DNA of 12,871 bases, taken from Octopus sinensis (Eukaryota). The notes beneath the pieces were generated by a model. It saw only the letters and a program-made list of their open reading frames with translations. It was not told the DNA's origin and made no database searches. The position numbers and the translations under genes were made by a program. The stretch spans positions 1-12,871 of the forward strand of contig NW_021826575.1 in NCBI RefSeq assembly GCF_006345805.1, given 5' to 3'. Positions 9,469-12,871 of this stretch are shown here, one piece after another; the stretch's first letter is position 1, and every line of letters begins with the position of its first letter.

Positions 9469-9821
9469 AAGAAGGAGAGCAGGCAGAAACGTTAGCGCAT
9501 CGGGCGAAATGCTTAGCGGTATTTCATCTGCCATTACGTTTTGAGTTCAAATTTCGCCGAGGTCGACTTTGCCATTCATCCTTTCGGGGTCGATTAAATA
9601 AGTGCCAGTTACGCACTGGATCGATATAATCCACTTAATCCCTTTCTCTGTCCTTCTTTGCCCCCTCTATGTTTAACCCCTTGTGGGCAATAAAGAAATA
9701 AGAAACGTTAGCACGCTGGGCGAAATGCTTAGCGGTATTTCGTCTGTCTTTACGTTCTCAGTTCAAATTCCGCCGAGGTCGATTTTACCTTTCGTCCTTT
9801 CGAGGTCGATAAATTAGGTAC
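9469..9821 (+). mobile_element. SINE family B, dimer with a different junction, 3'-truncated
   Basis: Monomer 1 spans about 9469-9700 and ends TAAAGAAATA. Monomer 2 starts at 9701 (AGAAACGTTAGCACGCTGGG) and stops after GTCGATAAATTAGGTAC. No TSD seen. Confidence 0.9.
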
Positions 9822-9849
9822 TAATTCCCCCCAAATATTTAATCGGGTC

Positions 9850-10200
9850 CACTACTTGAGTTTTGTGCATGTTTAGTAATTGGAGTGGAGTGGTGCTGAA
9901 ATAATTTGTTCGTCTGAATTGAAAAACCAATTCATTACAATGCAATTTTTGGTAATTTGATGATGTGTGTCGTCTACGAGAGGTGCAGCATGCTGATTAG
10001 GTTTGTTATTTGTAACGGTCCTGTTCAAGATAACGGGATTGTGAGGATTTCGTGGGAGGATATGTTTGTGTAGATTGCTCATGGAGTTAGAGTGGTTTGG
10101 AACTTCAAGGTTGCATGTGAATGTTGCTTGAGCATGGAAGGTAAGTGAAAGATGAGAGGACGTATGAAGGGGTAGTGTTGGGCGCGATGTTCAGTAGTTA
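9850..10200 (-). mobile_element. Probable decayed Penelope-like retroelement fragment (RT C-terminal/linker region)
   Basis: Translating the minus strand across frameshifts gives, in order, TEHRAQHY/LHTSSH, FQT..M, AAPLVDDTHHQITKNCIVMNW..SD..I.SAPL and Y/KHAQN. These resemble the PLE-type motifs TDxxxYLHxxSxHP, IPLVxTYHP and PxxxYKRxxNL. Recognised by eye only. Confidence 0.4.
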
Positions 10201-10205
10201 ATCCT

Positions 10206-10264
10206 ATATTATATAATATATATATATAATATATATAATATATAATATATATATATATATATAT
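10206..10264. repeat. TA-rich microsatellite
   Basis: Pure A/T tract (TA, TAA, TAATA). Confidence 0.9.
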
Positions 10265-10501
10265 CAACTCGCGTTGATACGTATATATATGGAAAAAAAT
10301 CAAGGTAGAAAATGGAAAGAATTTTGTAAAAAAACATTTCAGCACCGGTGTACTGTAAGTTTGGAAAACAATTAAAGTTTGGAAAATTAAATGAAAAGTA
10401 TTTTAAAAGAATATTGGCATGGTTTTCAAATAGAAAGGGCATTTTCCTTGTTTCTGCCTGAATGTTAGTCTGTGTGTATTAACGTACAACCATGTACTAC
10501 A

Positions 10502-10507
<6 letters not shown>

Positions 10508-10544
<37 letters not shown>

Positions 10545-10586
10545 TATATATATATAATATATATATTATATATATTATATCTATAT

Positions 10587-10640
<54 letters not shown>

Positions 10641-10645
10641 ATATA

Positions 10646-10686
<41 letters not shown>
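10508..10686. repeat. Long interrupted (TA)n microsatellite (about 180 bp)
   Basis: Almost purely TA, directly abutting the SINE-A 5' end. Confidence 0.95.
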
Positions 10687-10688
<2 letters not shown>

Positions 10689-11040
10689 CGCAGGAGTGGC
10701 TGTGTGGTAAGTAGCTTGCTAACCAACCACACGGTTGCGGGTTCAGTCCCACTGCGTGGCATCTTGGGCAAGTGTCTCTGCTATAGCCCCGGGCCGACCA
10801 ATGCCTTGTGAGTGGATTTGGTAGACGGAACTGAAAGAAGCCTGTCGTATATATGTATAGTGTGTGTGTTGTGTGTCCTGTTTTGTCCCCCTAGCATTGC
10901 TTGACAACCGATGCTGGTGTGTTTAGGTCCCCGTCCTTAGCGGTTCGGCAAAAAGAGACCGATAGAATAAGTACTAAAAGGTGTGCTCCAGCATGGCGCA
11001 GTCAAATGACTGAAACAAGTAAAAAAAAGAAAGAAAAGAA
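10687..11040 (+). mobile_element. SINE family A, near full length with a ~40-bp internal deletion
   Basis: Starts GGCGCAGGAGTGGCTGTGTGG (A-box-like 10697-10707) with GGTTCAGTCCC at 10740-10750 and TCTTGGGCAAGTGTC. The tail GCAGTCAAATGACTGAAACAAGT ends in an A-rich run. Confidence 0.95.
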
Positions 11041-11063
11041 TATATATATGTATACACACACAC

Positions 11064-11101
<38 letters not shown>

Positions 11102-11103
11102 CA
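11041..11103. repeat. Compound (TA)/(CA) microsatellite
   Basis: Directly visible, flanking the SINE-A 3' end. Confidence 0.9.
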
Positions 11104-12000
11104 CGTTTGTTGTACACAGTTGTACGTCTTCATTGAGACCCAGCTAACACAATTCGGAAAAAAAGATAGAACTGCTCTGTGACAATTTATGTAAGCCTTT
11201 TACGTACAAGATACGACCTAATGTCTGGTTGATGTTGGGCGCAATAAAAAACTTTTCTTTTCTTAAATTTTGAGTTACAAAGAACTCACAGGACAGAGAG
11301 AGCCATTAAAGAATCAGGGACAGTTTAGTTGTTAGAGAATCTAGTTGAAAATATTTTTTCACCCTCTCGTTTCTTATCTCGATGTGATTACAGTAGGTCA
11401 ACATCTGAGAGTATCAAGTGGGTTGACTCTCTTAGTAGAGAGCAAGGGATTGAACAATGTTCAGGTCAGGCAACCAGGTTCTGAATCCAATTGCGTGAAG
11501 AAAACTTAATAGACATTTCCAAGTCCAGTGATTTAATTTTGAAAAAAACTATTTCGCGTAACTTGCCTGTATCTGTACGTCGTGGGGAACTCGGTCAAGT
11601 AAAAATTAAAAGAATTTGAGGCGATTAACCCAGTCACATATATGTAGATTTGGACGCAAAAAGAACAGTGAAGTTGGAGGCCTTATCAGCGGCATTTCTG
11701 CTTACAGGGTTTAAGGGTCGAAACGTGAGAAATCAGTGCATACTTCATAGTCAGCAGAGTTTCTCTGTGAAGGAATATGGGTTTCGATGATCCTATGCTT
11801 TGAAAGAAATAGATCGCAAGACCTTCAATTTAACTGAATAAAAATGAATAGCAACGGTATCTAATGTAAATATCCAGAAATATTTGAAGAGTTTCCACAA
11901 AATCAAATATTAGTTTTTCATGAAGGAAAGAAGATTTGAAAATGATGGACATTAATCTTTGTTTAGTGAAACACATATTTAAAAATATACATGCTTACAA

Positions 12001-12071
12001 GAGAGCGAGAGTGAGAGAAAAAGGTAGAGAGAGAGAGAGAGAGGGAGAGAAGAGGGGGAAAGAAGAGAGAG
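12001..12071. repeat. (GA)n-rich purine tract
   Basis: GAGAGCGAGAGTGAGAGAAAAAGGTAGAGAGAGAGAGAGAGAGGGAGAGAAGAGGGGGAAAGAAGAGAGAG. Confidence 0.85.
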
Positions 12072-12709
12072 TACAATCAAAGTAAATTTAAACATGGGAC
12101 GTAATCTTGGCGGGTTAGGCTTAGCAAGAGTTAAGGTGAAAAATCATGAACGATGGTATATAAGACACTCAGCCGATTGACGACATCTGGTAAAATATAA
12201 CTGACGTGATGCTAATAAGGAAGATGTTTAATGGTGTTGATGATGGAGGTGATAATGATAAACAGCAACAACAAAAGTACAAGAATTTAATAAGGTGCCA
12301 ACCACAGCTCTCACACTATCTTAAAGTACAGTTCTGTAGTCTTGTAATTTTAATAACAATTTTATATCAATGCACTTAAATTTGCTACGAGTGAACTAAT
12401 CATCTTAGTGTTTACAAACATTTCAATCCCCCATGAGAATCAGACCGACATTTTGGAATAAAATGTCATTAAATAAATTGAAAAATTACATTTCTGTTGA
12501 ATTGTTCTAGAAAAATAATACTGTCACAAAAGTCTGCTAGAAGTGTCTATATTTCTATTTTTTCCATGGTTGTGACATGCCTTACATTAGATCTGTTTTT
12601 ATGTTTGCTTTATCTAGAAAGCATTAGGTAAAGGAGGAGAACATCGTTGGTTCCATACCTGACAGTTAAAAGCAAAGACTTTGAAAAGGTCATTAATTCT
12701 ACACACGGG

Positions 12710-12871
12710 TATGTTTGTATGTGCATTTTAATGCATGCAAGCACACACACACGCGCACATAAATATGTGTATATATATATGTATATGTATACACATAGAT
12801 AAATACAGACATATACATATATATATAAATATATATATGTGCATATATATACACATACATAAATGCACGCA
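12710..12871. repeat. Compound (TG)/(CA)/(TA) low-complexity tract
   Basis: Alternating dinucleotide runs to the end of the window. Confidence 0.85.

Noticed and set aside
10687-10760. SINE heads as genuine tRNA genes
   Set aside because: They have A/B-box motifs but continue directly into multicopy SINE bodies.
11694-11733. Hammerhead-like layout ATTTCT...CGAAACGTG-AGAAAT
   Set aside because: The CTGANGA core is absent (CTTACAG), there is no stem II, and the cleavage triplet would be GTG.

Overview
AT-rich, non-coding eukaryotic DNA, intronic or intergenic. The repeat content points to an octopus (coleoid cephalopod) genome: dense (TA)n/(CA)n/(TG)n microsatellites plus two tRNA-derived SINE families that resemble octopus SINEs as I recall them. 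No convincing protein-coding gene is present, and almost all ORFs in the track come from microsatellites or SINEs. The window holds six copies or fragments of SINE family 'A' (tRNA head, CORE-like box, internal microsatellite, LINE-like tail) and four copies of SINE family 'B'. Three B copies are head-to-tail dimers, and two of them have clear 16-17 bp target-site duplications (TSDs). Also present: a 43-bp minisatellite, a ~141-bp tandem unit hit by SINE insertions, an isolated tRNA-like cloverleaf on the minus strand and a probable decayed Penelope-like retroelement fragment. I found no evidence of a novel multi-gene system; the most interesting signals concern retroposon architecture. 'A' and 'B' are my own labels, not database names.
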